In this document: one piece after another, positions 1-11,106 of the stretch | Layout: each line of letters begins with the position of its first letter | Numbering within the stretch: position 1 is the first letter of the stretch | Source of the DNA: Williopsis jadinii | Lineage: Eukaryota | Assembly: GCA_024346625.1 (NCBI GenBank) | Contig: AP024664.1 | Coordinates: 1,364,001-1,428,000 of the forward strand | Direction: 5' to 3' | Length of the DNA stretch: 64,000 nt | Notes under the pieces: model-generated | Told to the model about the DNA's origin: nothing | Seen by the model: only the letters and a program-made list of their open reading frames with translations | The model's database searches: none | Program-made: the position numbers and the translations under genes

Positions 1-158
1 TATTTGAGTACACCAGGATAGTTTATTTGGTAACATAGGTATTAGTTAACTCTCTGGAGTTTGGTGTATGGATAGACATAAGCAAATACATTAAATTAAA
101 AGTTTCAAAATCATCACTGTAAAACGAATGAAGAGGGTTTCAAAATGGAACAAATGGT

Positions 159-1643
159 TCAAACGATATTATCACTGTTCTCAGTGTTCTTCTCAGCGTT
201 TGGGCTAGGAGTAGCATCTGTGTTGTTGATGTGATCATCAATCAGAGCTGGCTTTGCTGGTGGGTTCTTAGAAGCGTTGGATCTGACTGGTTCTGGAATG
301 TATTGTTGTTCCTCGTTGTAAGTGAATTCACCAATTTCAGCTTGATCAGTTCCGAGCTCCTCCTCATCAGCGTGCAATCTCAATCTCAAGAATGGTATAC
401 GATCTTGAACCAAAAGGATGATGGCGGTGACAACACAGGTCCAGCCAATGATGGCACACATACCAGCCAATTGGTAACCAACTTGCTTCCAGTGGTGGTT
501 CAACCAACCACCTGCAATCTCAGTACCATCCAAGGCGGTGACGTAGTCAGCGGCAAAAATACCAGTAAGAACACAACCAACAGAACCACCAACACCGTGC
601 AAAGCGTAGACATCCAAACCGTCATCGATCTTGAGGATGTTCTTCAAGTCGACAGCAAAGTTACAAGCAGTAGCGGTGATGATACCGATAATCATAGCAG
701 CCCAGATTGGAACGAAACCGGCACCTGGGGTGATACCAACAAGACCGGCAATGGCACCGGAACAGAGACCAACTGTAGTCCACTTACCATCGGAACGGAA
801 GTAATCGATGAACATCCAAGTCAAAGCGGCACATGAGGCAGCAACGTTAGTGTTGATGTTAGAGAACCAAGCTCTGATGGTGGTGGTACCGGCAGAACCA
901 CCGTTGAAACCAAACCATCCAAACCACAAGAATACAGTACCCAAGACGACAGATGTAACGGAGTGTGGCTTGTACTTTGGCAAACCCTTACCCGCAACTG
1001 GATCGTTTCTCTTACCAAGCACCAAGGCGTAGATCAACGCACCGTGACCAGAGGTGATATGGACTGGACCACCTCCAGCGTAATCGAGACCACCGAGCTT
1101 GGCTAACCAGCCCTCTGGGTTCCAGGTCCAACAAGCAACCGGGCAGTAGACAATGGTGATCCAGATGAAGAGGAAAACCATCATTGGTCCCAAACGAGCA
1201 CGCTCACAAGCACCACCAATCATCAAAGATCCAGTGACACAGGCAAACATACCTTGGAAGAAGGCGAAAACGGTATCTGGCAAGGCAGAGACAACAGATG
1301 GGGCTCCCAAGACGTTTCTCATACCAATGAACTGCAGGGAACCGAGGAACTCGCCGTAGACGTTGTGGGAAAAAACAAGCGAGTAGCCCCAGAAAAACCA
1401 CTGGAACGAAACCAGGGACGCAGCCATAAGCGATGCCCAAAGAAGGGACAAGGCGTGCTTCTTTCTTGAGAGACCAGAGTACAAGAGACCGATACCTGGA
1501 ACCATGATCCAAACCAGAATGGCAGCAACACCAACCCACGCCATGTTGGCAAGGTCGAATTGCGAGTTGAGGTCAACCTCTAGCGAGTTACCACCGGTGC
1601 CGACACCAGTGAGACCCGATGGGAGAGACGTAGCTTCGGACAT
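159..1643 (-). CDS. MEP2: Ammonium permease, Mep2-type (Amt/Mep/Rh family)
   Basis: 494 aa multi-TM protein. Motifs DYAGGGPVHITSG (first His of the twin-His pair; Mep1/3 have Glu), LWFGWFGFNGGS and DDGLDVYALHG; N-terminal GTGGNSL as in Mep2. Confidence 0.93.
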   Translation of the reverse strand: MSEATSLPSGLTGVGTGGNSLEVDLNSQFDLANMAWVGVAAILVWIMVPGIGLLYSGLSRKKHALSLLWASLMAASLVSFQWFFWGYSLVFSHNVYGEFLGSLQFIGMRNVLGAPSVVSALPDTVFAFFQGMFACVTGSLMIGGACERARLGPMMVFLFIWITIVYCPVACWTWNPEGWLAKLGGLDYAGGGPVHITSGHGALIYALVLGKRNDPVAGKGLPKYKPHSVTSVVLGTVFLWFGWFGFNGGSAGTTTIRAWFSNINTNVAASCAALTWMFIDYFRSDGKWTTVGLCSGAIAGLVGITPGAGFVPIWAAMIIGIITATACNFAVDLKNILKIDDGLDVYALHGVGGSVGCVLTGIFAADYVTALDGTEIAGGWLNHHWKQVGYQLAGMCAIIGWTCVVTAIILLVQDRIPFLRLRLHADEEELGTDQAEIGEFTYNEEQQYIPEPVRSNASKNPPAKPALIDDHINNTDATPSPNAEKNTENSDNIV

Positions 1644-1879
1644 TTCTAGTTTCTTTTGTTATTGAGCTTGAAGGGACAAAAATCACAAACGTCAATTGAT
1701 GGGACAGAGGCGAAAAGGGTCTGCAAATCCGTGAATCGGGTGGCAGAGGGAATTCTTGGTGTTTATATACATATGGCGATCATTGTCCACCGTAGCCACC
1801 GGGTTAATGTACTCATGAACAAAACTCTCATTTTTGTCTTGCTTTTGTTGTTGTCCGATATGATGCAAGAGGGAAAGCT

Positions 1880-2896
1880 GCGTTATCTTGCGTTCGCACA
1901 GGCCAGAAAAGTCGTATGGTAGATCCTTTGTCGGAAGCTTGGGTCCTTTTGATTGGCAAATACCGAAATTGCCTGTGGTTTGAATTAATACGTACATGCG
2001 CTCGTACATTCCCACATCGCTATTTCTTGGTATGTAGTTTATTTTGTACGATTGCTGTGGCCCAAGCTGATTGGATGATAGCAGCGTCACACGAAGATGT
2101 TTCCAAGAGCTCTTGTGCCCCTTGGGAGTCTACGCTGAGCTGTCCGGACAAGACATCTCTAAGCCAACCGTTGGACAAACAGAAACGCAATGGCATGTCG
2201 CCCAAGAGCTTATTTCAGGGGGCACCCGAGGTCAATTGCCAACGGGCCACTTCTAGAAAGAAGCACCAGCCGCTCTCTGAGGCTCAGATGCGTTTACAAA
2301 TTCACCATTCGAGAGATATCTGCCTCGAAACTACACAACGTTAGTCAACTCCGTAAGCATCTCTGTGCTCGACATACAAATTCCCGGGTCGTATAGCGAG
2401 AGTCTCCGGTGGAGGTTTAGCTGTGCAGAAGGCAACTTCAAATTTTCACGAGTTTATCTCCCTTGTTAGGGCCACGGCTGCACGGTTATTGGTGGATTTG
2501 ACAATCTTTATCAGACGCGTTGAGAAGGAATTAAACACGAGGCGGAGATAAGGCCCTTCCATTGCTCGATGGACGGATTAGGACAAGACCGATAAGAAAA
2601 GTTTTCCAGTGCGATGGGGAGACGGCATCAACACGCATAACTCTATTGGTTCTTGATATTTAAGCCTGATCACACCTCTCGACGCGTGACTTCAGACAAG
2701 AGCTTTCCTGTGGTAGCCTCACGCTGCGTGTCATGTAACAGGTATCTTTGATAAATTAAGTTCGAACGTTTGCGACTCACACATCGCTTATATAAGCTTT
2801 CGATGGTCATGGCATGTGACAAACTGTTGTGTAGTAGGTATTAAATTAGCTACTATATCGCACGTTGGTGGTAAGCAATAACTGGCAGGAGATAAC
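1880..2896. promoter_or_regulatory. Cluster of GATA elements upstream of MEP2 (nitrogen catabolite repression)
   Basis: GATAAG near 2547 and at 2591, GATAA near 2750 and 2891, TTATC near 1883, 2454 and 2508. Confidence 0.6.
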
Positions 2897-2969
2897 AGGC
2901 ATGTAGATTAGCTAACTGATAGTAATTTGGGATCTCCAGATACGGCCAGCCTTATTTAAGGAGCAGTAG

Positions 2970-4475
2970 TCAAGGTACTGCAAGTGTAGTGGTGTTGAGA
3001 CCTTTTGCGATCAAGGCTGCGACGTTAGCACCAGCTAGCGAGGCAGTCTCCATGGTGGAGATAAACCTCTCAATTCCATTCAAGTACCACAATCCCTCGT
3101 CCACTTTGAAAGAGTCAAAAGGCTTTGATATTGGGTCCAGAATTGGGTATGGGAACCACGTCTTCTCAAACCAAATCTTGACGCCCGTAGGGTCCTCAAA
3201 GAAATAATCCTTCAAAAAGAGCTCAGAGAGTGGCTTTGCGCTGAACACTTTATAACGAACTCTTTGCTCATCTTCGTCTAGATCAACAATGTTGGCACTG
3301 TAGAACGCAACATAAGGGCCCGTTCCGAGGATCACTTCAGGAACTGCATCGCCTGCTTTGACTTTATATCTGTGATGGTCAATTAAATGGTCAACATCGG
3401 ACTCAATGTAAGTTACATGTAATTCCCGGTACGTAACGTCTTCAAACCCAAACTCTTCAGAGGTCTCAATGCCGGTGAATTGCCATGGAGCCGCAACGAT
3501 AACCTTGTCAAAAGTTTCGTTAGTGCCGTTGTAAGACAAGATCCATAACCCGTCCTCGGTCTTGTTAAGTCCCTGTACTCTTGTGTTCAAAGAGACGTTA
3601 GCTCTGGACCACTCTGCCCATTTTTCAAAAATTTGATAGTTACCACCAATGACGCTCATTGCATCTTCTGCAGCCATGGAGATCATCATTCCAAAGGCAT
3701 GGATTTCGTTCAGGTTCGAGCCATAGTTATTTAAAGTCAACGGCTGAATAAGTTCATACCCCATCCTTGGGTTGAGGCTTCGCTCTTCGTAAAGCTGAGC
3801 TGCCGTGATACCCAGATATTGGTTCAATCCACTATCTTCAACTATGTGATTGAGATCAAAAGGAAAGTCCTTGTCATAGAAATACTCCAGAAAAGTTGAA
3901 ACCGTGGCACTAAGAGTCCTGTAAAGCTTCCATGCAGTGACTCCGTACCTCAATATAATTGTTAACAGGCTCTTTGTCATACCCAGGTATGTCTTACTGT
4001 TGGCCTTGAAAACGAATTCAGTACCATTCCAAACACCAATTGTACCTTGAAGTGCTTTGTTGTGCTTATTACCGACACCATCAGTGGTCAGCCCAAACTC
4101 CTCAACAGCGTTAACCAAGATCTTGTTTGGTGCAACGAAGACACTACCGCCGAGTTCGACACTACTGTTCAACACATCTGGATTTGAACTGGCCTGTTGC
4201 TTAGCGGCGTAGTTACCCACTGTTGTTGAGCGACCGCCAATGTAATTGTTCCCCTCGAAGATCTTGATGTCAAAGGCATGCGAAGTGTAACGCTGTAAAT
4301 AGTAAGAGAACGATGTCCCACCAGCACCAGCACCGATAACTGCAATCTTTGGCTTAACGGTATGATACTCCTGAATAGGAGCTGGGACGTCAATGGAATC
4401 ATGTCGAAAGAGTGGAGGTAGAGCTATAATGACGAGCACTGTGATAAAGACAATGTATAACGATTGGGAAAACAT
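2970..4475 (-). CDS. Prenylcysteine oxidase/lyase family FAD enzyme
   Basis: N-terminal signal/anchor, IAVIGAGAGG, IGGR, VELGGSVF, C-terminal YLNGIERFISTMETASLAGANVA. Confidence 0.88.
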   Translation of the reverse strand: MFSQSLYIVFITVLVIIALPPLFRHDSIDVPAPIQEYHTVKPKIAVIGAGAGGTSFSYYLQRYTSHAFDIKIFEGNNYIGGRSTTVGNYAAKQQASSNPDVLNSSVELGGSVFVAPNKILVNAVEEFGLTTDGVGNKHNKALQGTIGVWNGTEFVFKANSKTYLGMTKSLLTIILRYGVTAWKLYRTLSATVSTFLEYFYDKDFPFDLNHIVEDSGLNQYLGITAAQLYEERSLNPRMGYELIQPLTLNNYGSNLNEIHAFGMMISMAAEDAMSVIGGNYQIFEKWAEWSRANVSLNTRVQGLNKTEDGLWILSYNGTNETFDKVIVAAPWQFTGIETSEEFGFEDVTYRELHVTYIESDVDHLIDHHRYKVKAGDAVPEVILGTGPYVAFYSANIVDLDEDEQRVRYKVFSAKPLSELFLKDYFFEDPTGVKIWFEKTWFPYPILDPISKPFDSFKVDEGLWYLNGIERFISTMETASLAGANVAALIAKGLNTTTLAVP

Positions 4476-4923
4476 TTCATGAATTGATCGATTAATTATC
4501 CTCCAAACGTGCTAGAATGTCCCTATTATTCAGTATTATATCTCAACAAAGGAAAGGGGAATCCATTGCTTGACTTTTGATTCAGTCCAGACTTTATTTC
4601 ACACAGTGGCTCCACCCAGAATCAACTGTGTATAGTGTGGACGGAAATAATGGCAGACTTTCTCCACAACTGACACAGTTTTCATTCTCCGAGATTGATT
4701 TGCCATCTTGGTTCATGAAGTGTAACTGACATACTCCCGTGAAGATTCATTCATACTCAGGAGACATGAGACAAACAAGTTTAATTCCCTTGTAAGGGGT
4801 CAAGATTGAATTGACGTTCAAGGCACTCAAGATACCTGGTGCTCTAACATAGTACTTTGTAATATCGTCCTCCACCTAGGTCTCTCAATGTGTTTTACCA
4901 AATGCCTCAGATTTTTCAACAAA

Positions 4924-5004
4924 GGCAACTTGGCCGAGTGGTTAAGGCGAAAGATTAGAAATCTTTTGGGTTTACCCGCGCAGGTTCGAATCCTGCAGTT
5001 GTCG
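4924..5004 (+). tRNA. tRNA-Ser(AGA)
   Basis: GGCAACT...AGTTGTC acceptor stem, A box TGGCCGAGTGG, anticodon arm AAAGA-TTAGAAA-TCTTT, long variable arm, GGTTCGAATCC, T7 Pol III terminator. Confidence 0.97.
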
Positions 5005-5311
5005 TTATTTTTTGTGCTTTTTGATCATGATCACGTGACTGGGAATTCTAAAAGTTGAATATGGATTTACCGAAACTAGAAGAACAGTGTATAGGTCGTG
5101 GATGTTTGTATTTGCAACGTAGAGTATGTGTATATAACTACCAAAGATCTAGAACATTCCATGTTTTGCTTCGATTTTGATAAGTGTTACGCTAAAGTCT
5201 CTCTAGAGAATTTGGGAAGAGGACCGAGTTTCTCCGACCAAATTTCAGCCGGCCCCATAGTATTTCGTACTGCGTACACAGGGCTCCAAGAACATGTCTA
5301 TCAACTCCAAC

Positions 5312-5752
5312 TCAAAGCTCAGATTTTAGGCCATTGACAACGTTTATCCAATCTTGAAGGCTATCCGTATCAGCCCAGAGCTCTCTTGATTCACTTTTTT
5401 CACTTAAAACTGCGTCAATTGCAGCTTTAGCAGCGTCGTAGTACAAGCCTTTATTCACAACGTGAAGCCAATCGGCCCTGTTATTCTCGATGAATCTGAG
5501 AACGTTTTCTCTATATGGTGAACCCAACTCGGCATCATCCATCTTATTGATTATCTGAATGTCCTTTAAGCCAAGCAGAAGGATAGTGTAGGCTAAGGTG
5601 TAACCACAATCGTCGATCTCGTGGTAGTCGGTCTCGATGGATGCCCTGAACTGCTTGAGAAACTCATCAAGAGGATTCTCCAAGTGAAGAGCACCAGCAA
5701 GAGCATCACATGCCATATCTTCGTCAAAGACGTACACACCAAAAGCACCCAT
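5312..5752 (-). CDS. DUF4259-like protein
   Basis: 146 aa. N-terminal MGAFGxxVFDEDxACD and C-terminal SESRELW...W...V..L match the recalled DUF4259 pattern (MGAWG..FDND.A.D ... SEL.ELW). Confidence 0.7.
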   Translation of the reverse strand: MGAFGVYVFDEDMACDALAGALHLENPLDEFLKQFRASIETDYHEIDDCGYTLAYTILLLGLKDIQIINKMDDAELGSPYRENVLRFIENNRADWLHVVNKGLYYDAAKAAIDAVLSEKSESRELWADTDSLQDWINVVNGLKSEL

Positions 5753-5926
5753 TCTTGTTTAGCGAATGGAATCTCTTGGGACGCGTTTTAGCACAACAAA
5801 AGGTCTGAAATTTCATAAATGTCGACAATTTATCACCTCGCATACCCTTACACATGTCGTGTTAATACTACATTCTACTCACATAGTGCGGCCGCGGTGA
5901 CGGTGACGGTTGCAATGGACTTCAAT

Positions 5927-6905
5927 TCATCTTTTAATTTCGCCAGCTCTCTTCAATTCCATGGCCTTCTTGTAAGGCGGTGAGGTTGGACTCTGTACAG
6001 GGTCCAAGCTTACTCTCTTTTCGGTACTATCTATAGTATAAGTTGCATCTGAGTCATAACTGGAAAGATCACCACATGCTATGAATGGTGCCACAGTTCT
6101 CTTCTCCTCCTGGTACTCCAAATCCTCTCTCAGCTCGTATCTACCAATGTTTGCACCTTTGAAAAAGTCTTCAGTGGACACATCCGGGTCAAGGGTTGGC
6201 TTCCAAGTGGCGCTTGGCTTGTAACCCAAGCACACTATGAACGCCTCCAAGGAGGTACCTCTCGAGGATCGAGGTTTGGCACAAATCACCTTTTCAAAGA
6301 GGAACCCGAGTTGTGAATACATCAAATCGATGTCTCTTCCTCTGAAGATCTTTGCAACGAAGGTACCGCCCGGTCTCAAGAGACATGTTGTCAATTGTAG
6401 CGCCGCGAGGATGAGCTGGGCTTGAATGTACTCATCCAAGTCGTGTAGCCCAGTGACATCAGGTGCACCGTCAGAACACACGAAATCAGCTGGCTCACCT
6501 CCGAAGATCTCCAAGATCTTCGTAAGAGTCATAGGATGGGTGATATCCGCCTGTAAAGTAGTCACACCGTTGATAGGTGACATTGGTTGCAAATCCACTG
6601 CAACGATCTTTGGCTCGACATCGGTCGGGGTCTCTTGACGTTTCTCAAAGATCTCGCGAGAGAGCACTTGTGACCATGAGCCTGGCGCAGCACAGAGGTC
6701 AACAACACGGTTAACGCCCTTGAAGAGCTGGAACTGGTCATTGAGTTGTAATAGCTTGAAAGCAGATCGTGCTCTCCATCCTTCTTCCTTGGCTTTTCTA
6801 CACAGGCACAGTTAGTACGAGAAAACCCATACTGACATACCACTAAGCCACCAGAACAACTCACCTATAGTACAAATCTCTTTTATCCTTACTGCTCTTC
6901 CCCAT
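5927..6905 (-). CDS. TRM7: tRNA (32/34) 2'-O-methyltransferase; exons 6905-6865 and 6797-5927
   Basis: Splicing GTGAGT...TACTAAC...TAG gives [31 protein letters not shown]...[22 protein letters not shown]. Confidence 0.95.
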
Positions 6906-7187
6906 TATCTCAGCTTGTCCTCTGAAATGGAGCTTCCCATTGGTTTAAAATGCTCATCGCGCCAGGCCGCCTAAAACAAATTTTCCATCAAAGCTCCTAC
7001 GAAGCCTCAGCGCAGCGGCACGAGGAAAGCAGAAAAAAAAACAACACAAAAACCAAAAAGGGTCGGAACTCACCCCGGAAGTCGGGTCTTTGTGTTCGTT
7101 GAAAAATTCGTCCGCTGTGAGGGAAATGGGAGGAAACCATTGACACTGCAACGGTGACAGAGAGAGAATCCAAGACTCATTAACGAG

Positions 7188-7937
7188 ATGTTGAGAAGCT
7201 CCATTACACGCAGTGCACGTTGCTTTGCCACATCACGTCCATCGCTGCGTGGCGCTGTGAAAACAGTGGAGAACCTTGCTGTGAAAGACACCACCACTGT
7301 TCCATACGAGCCAAAGGTTCTTTCCCGCGAAGAGGTGCTGGATACCACGAAGACCCCGTTCCCAATCAACGTTGAGCTGAACTACCATGCTCCACTTCGC
7401 CATGAGGTCCGTTACGGCGATAAGGTTGCCGAGATCCAATTCAGAGCGTACGATTTCGAGAACTTGGAGTTTCTAGCAGATTTTGCCCAGAGAGCAGCTT
7501 ACTATTTGGACATCCCAGTGAGCGGTGTGATCCCACTTCCGACTCGTCGTGAGAGATGGACTGTTATTAGAGCTCCGTTTGTGCATGCTAAGTCCAAGGA
7601 GAACTTCCTGAGACTTACACATAAGCGTGTGTTAAAGGCATACGACGCCACGCCGGAGGTTATCGACCTTTGGATCTCCTACATTGCAAAGCACTCGAAT
7701 GCCGGTGTTGGTATTAAGGTGCAAACTTTCCAACGAGAGTCCGTGGAGTTGGTCCAAGAGCTGGATAAGATTGACCTGGGTAAAATCGAACAGTTCAATG
7801 GCTCAGTGGAGGGACAAGCTGCAGTTTCGAAGAGAGTGCAAGAGCTTTTGAATGATCCTGTGTTCAAGAGACACATTCCTGAGGAGAAATTGGAGGCACA
7901 CGATGCTAAGGAGCAGATAGAAGAGAAGCAAAAGTAA
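7188..7937 (+). CDS. RSM10: Mitochondrial ribosomal protein uS10m
   Basis: Presequence-like N-terminus; [25 protein letters not shown]. Confidence 0.92.
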   Translation: MLRSSITRSARCFATSRPSLRGAVKTVENLAVKDTTTVPYEPKVLSREEVLDTTKTPFPINVELNYHAPLRHEVRYGDKVAEIQFRAYDFENLEFLADFAQRAAYYLDIPVSGVIPLPTRRERWTVIRAPFVHAKSKENFLRLTHKRVLKAYDATPEVIDLWISYIAKHSNAGVGIKVQTFQRESVELVQELDKIDLGKIEQFNGSVEGQAAVSKRVQELLNDPVFKRHIPEEKLEAHDAKEQIEEKQK

Positions 7938-8034
7938 ATAACAGATATGCGAATCACATGTACATAATCGTTTTCTTTCATTCTGGGTAGTTGCTATACA
8001 CAAGAAGAGCTGAGAAAGACGTAATGCCACTCCT

Positions 8035-8623
8035 TTAACCGTACATTTCCCACCCTTCCTCCTCCTCCTCATCGTCTTCAGGGAGATCGAATGTCTTTTT
8101 GTCGTGTAGGTTTTTTCTACACACTGGGCACGTTGATTGTACCTTTAACCAAGGTGCGATGCATTCCATGTCAAATCGGTGTCTTCCATCACAGGGCAAC
8201 TCCACCACCAAGGGGTGTGGATCATCGACAAAGTCGTTGGTACAGATCGGACATGTCTGGTCGAGCTTAAGCTTCGTCTTGGGTACTCGTTCCAGAGAGT
8301 CTATGAACTCCTGCGGCATGCCCTTGATTTGCCCCTCGGTCCCTGACTGCTGAAAGAGATCCCTCGCAAGAGGCGATTGCGCTAAGGCCAGCGCCACCAT
8401 CCTCATCTGATCTGTTGACATTTCCATACTCGGATCCACGCTAGCATCTGTAGACTCAAACAGGTCCTGAAGCAACCTTGTGAGTGGAGTGTAACCTTCT
8501 CCTTGGGGAGAGGTTTGCTCGCTAGTTGAAGATTCTTGTATATCGTGCTCCTCTAGCCGTCGTTGTTAGATCACAGTTGAGCTATTAACAGCTTAGTAGA
8601 TACGCACCTTGGTAGTTTGACAT
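8035..8623 (-). CDS. RING-H2 protein, YBR062C-like; exons 8623-8608 and 8552-8035
   Basis: Intron GTGCGT...ATCTAAC...TAG gives MSNYQEEHDI. RING CPICxxxFxxDxxPLVVELPCxxxHRFDxECIxPWL...TCPVCR, ending EEGWEMYG; syntenic with TRM7/ECM2. Confidence 0.85.
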
Positions 8624-8776
8624 GGAATGTGTGATGATGATTTGACCTACAGTGGCTTGTTGTTGCCTACGTGGAAAGATTAAGATAAATTAATGAGAAA
8701 TTACAAGTTCGGCACTTTTTCACACACACACATTGTGCATAATCATCAACAGATAAACCACTTCAACAGTAGATCC

Positions 8777-9808
8777 TTAATATTCGTAGTTTTTGAAAGT
8801 CTTTTCGAAATCAGCCTCTTTCGCAGGTTTCCTCGTATCCGATTTCACACGTTTCACCTCGTTGTTATTTGTCTGCTCTTCATTTGTTCTCTTGGTGGTG
8901 TTCATACTGTTCTTCGACAACTTCTTCAGGAACTTTGTCACTATGGAACCCACCTTCAACTTTTCCCTATTTGTTGTACCCAGGGACCTCTCCTTACCCC
9001 ATGTCACCCTAAGGGGTATATTTTCAATCAGGAATAGCCCAGACTGGCCACTTATAGGGCAGCTGATGGATTTCGCAGCGGCTTCGGCGTCCACTCTTCT
9101 TGTAAATGTAACGAATGCGCACCGGGCTCCATGCTGACAGTTAACACTCTTCAGCTTGCCAAACTGTTCGAAGAATTCCGTAATCTTGTACTCCGGTAGC
9201 GAGTCATCAACGCCAAATATGAACAGAGTCTTCAGTTCCGGGTTCGATGGGGGTTCCAAGGAGCCGTTGAAGGGTAATTTGGACACGATCTTGGAGACGT
9301 CTATGTTTTCAATGTGCTGAGGTAAGGCATCACGCTTCTGGGCGTTGGCCGACTTTGATGGCCTGTTACCTTTCACAGCGGCCAGTTTCTCCAAGATCTC
9401 CTTCGCTTTATCCCTGTTCGAGGTTACTGCAGCTCCGCCTATGGATTTGAACCGTTCGCTGTTGTTGGCCACGTATAGCTTGGACACTTCGTTCTTAGGC
9501 TCACTGGCGCCTTGCACGCCATCAACACCAGCCATCTTCAGCGCGGCATCTCTCAACTGGATTGGTATCCCATAAGTAAGATCCAACAGACAGCTCTGAC
9601 AGCAGTTCCTCTGTTTCGCACATGTGAGACATATGATTGTATGCTTGAAAGGGCCATTCTTCACCGGCGCCCACTTGTACACCGTGAACGGCCTGGTACA
9701 CAGCTTACACTCGAGACCGCCACGCTCTCGAATCATCTGGAGATATGGATTCGGTCCAAGACACGTTTCACACACAGCTGGAACGTCGTCTTTGTTATCG
9801 GCTGACAT
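8777..9808 (-). CDS. ECM2: Pre-mRNA splicing factor Slt11/Ecm2 (RBM22 family)
   Basis: PAVCETCLG, ECKLCTRPFT, CLTCAKQRNCCQSCLLDL zinc domain plus an RRM. Confidence 0.92.
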   Translation of the reverse strand: MSADNKDDVPAVCETCLGPNPYLQMIRERGGLECKLCTRPFTVYKWAPVKNGPFKHTIICLTCAKQRNCCQSCLLDLTYGIPIQLRDAALKMAGVDGVQGASEPKNEVSKLYVANNSERFKSIGGAAVTSNRDKAKEILEKLAAVKGNRPSKSANAQKRDALPQHIENIDVSKIVSKLPFNGSLEPPSNPELKTLFIFGVDDSLPEYKITEFFEQFGKLKSVNCQHGARCAFVTFTRRVDAEAAAKSISCPISGQSGLFLIENIPLRVTWGKERSLGTTNREKLKVGSIVTKFLKKLSKNSMNTTKRTNEEQTNNNEVKRVKSDTRKPAKEADFEKTFKNYEY

Positions 9809-9940
9809 TCTGACCGGGAAGGTTTGTTCTGCTTATTTGGGGTTGTAGAGGCTATGATGATATTGCGATGGGTCTATAAGCTTCAAAAATATACAGCTTA
9901 TAAGCCAAATGAGGAAAATTCCCAGGTTTGGGAGGAAGAG

Positions 9941-10005
9941 CATGTTTCTAGGGCATGTTTCTAGGGCATGTTGCAAGGGCACGTTCTAAGGGCCAGTTTC
10001 AAGGG
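9941..10005. repeat. Degenerate 13-bp tandem repeat x5 (CATGTTTCTAGGG)
   Basis: Units at 9941, 9954, 9967, 9980 and 9993, each ending AGGG. Confidence 0.8.
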
Positions 10006-10165
10006 AAACGGGGCACCAGATACACCGGTGCTGATTGTTAAGGTCAGCGTATACAGTGAGAGTCACGCAATTGAAGAGGAGATAAGGCACTACAGGTGAA
10101 TATCGGGGAGACGATGACGATTGTGAGGATGCGATATATACATTCAGACTATGCTATTCAACAAG

Positions 10166-10371
10166 CTATAGAATCCACTAGTTAGTAACTGCCACACATC
10201 TTGCAACATAGGCATCCATGCAACGGGGAAGAACCAGATAATCAGGGTTAAAAAGCTAAGATTTATTTCCTCCTGGGTTTTGTCGGATGAAGAAATTCAA
10301 GTTGTTGTTGTCAAGTTTTCATCAGCTAAGTGGTTCTTCGCCATGCATTGGCCCTTTGTAGGGAAACTTAC
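10166..10371 (-). other. Spliceosomal intron of a putative non-coding snoRNA host transcript
   Basis: GTAAGT at 10371, TACTAAC at 10187-10181, TAG ending at 10166. Upstream RRPE TGAAAATTTT 10451-10460 and Tbf1-type TTAGGGCT 10539-10546. Confidence 0.8.
10240..10329 (-). ncRNA. SNR47: Box C/D snoRNA snR47 homolog, intron-encoded
   Basis: C box TGATGA 10324-10319 and D box CTGA 10245-10242. Guide AGCTTTTTAAC (18S GTTAAAAAGCT) precedes D; guide TTGAATTTCTTC (25S GAAGAAATTCAA) precedes D' CCGA. ACAACAACAAC as in yeast snR47; flanking stem GAAGAACCA/TGGTTCTTC. Confidence 0.9.
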
Positions 10372-11106
10372 ACATTCATCGTATACTTCCACAGTGGAGC
10401 ACACCGTGAACCACACTTGTCCACCGTGCTTGAAACAGAGGAAGAGAAGGTGAAAATTTTCGAAATGTGTGTCGCTCTATAAAAATTTCGCAAATTTCGC
10501 ACACGCACCAAATGCGACACAAACATCCGCACACCAAGTTAGGGCTTTCTCATCACACGAGGTTGTGTTCTATCACCTGAGCTGAGAGTGCTGAAACAGC
10601 GCACCCAAAGGCTGCGAGGTATCAACGACCCAACCAGCCACTGTAGTCTGCTTATCAATGACGTGTGTGTTCTTTCCTCCCTTTTCGTTTATTTGCGTAG
10701 CTTTCATCACCACGGCCTGATCAGCACACCGTTGTGCGATGGGCTGTACGGTGGGATTGTACGGTGGGCTCCGGCGCAGGCTCTGAGGAGCCAGGTCTGC
10801 GTTGGTGTCCGGGTGTTCCATACACGGGCGCGTGCGTCGATGACGGTTGCTTGTTATGGAGCCGGAACCCTTTACCCTTTACGGCCCAAGCTGCGACTTG
10901 TAGCCCATTTCATGAACTGTTCCCAACGGTTTCACCTAGCTTCAACACACTATCGTTTGCAGTTCACAGTGCTCAGCGGGCTGGTTTACTGCTTTTCTCA
11001 TTGATACGTATAGATACAACAGAAGCTGTGGTTCTGGACTGTTTATACCCGTCACAAGAGCACACAGGGAGAGACATAGAAGCACAGCAAGCCATAATTG
11101 GACAGG

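Noticed and set aside
4500..5310. LTR or Ty remnant near tRNA-Ser
   Set aside because: No TG...CA bounded element, target-site duplication or gag/pol fragment recognisable.
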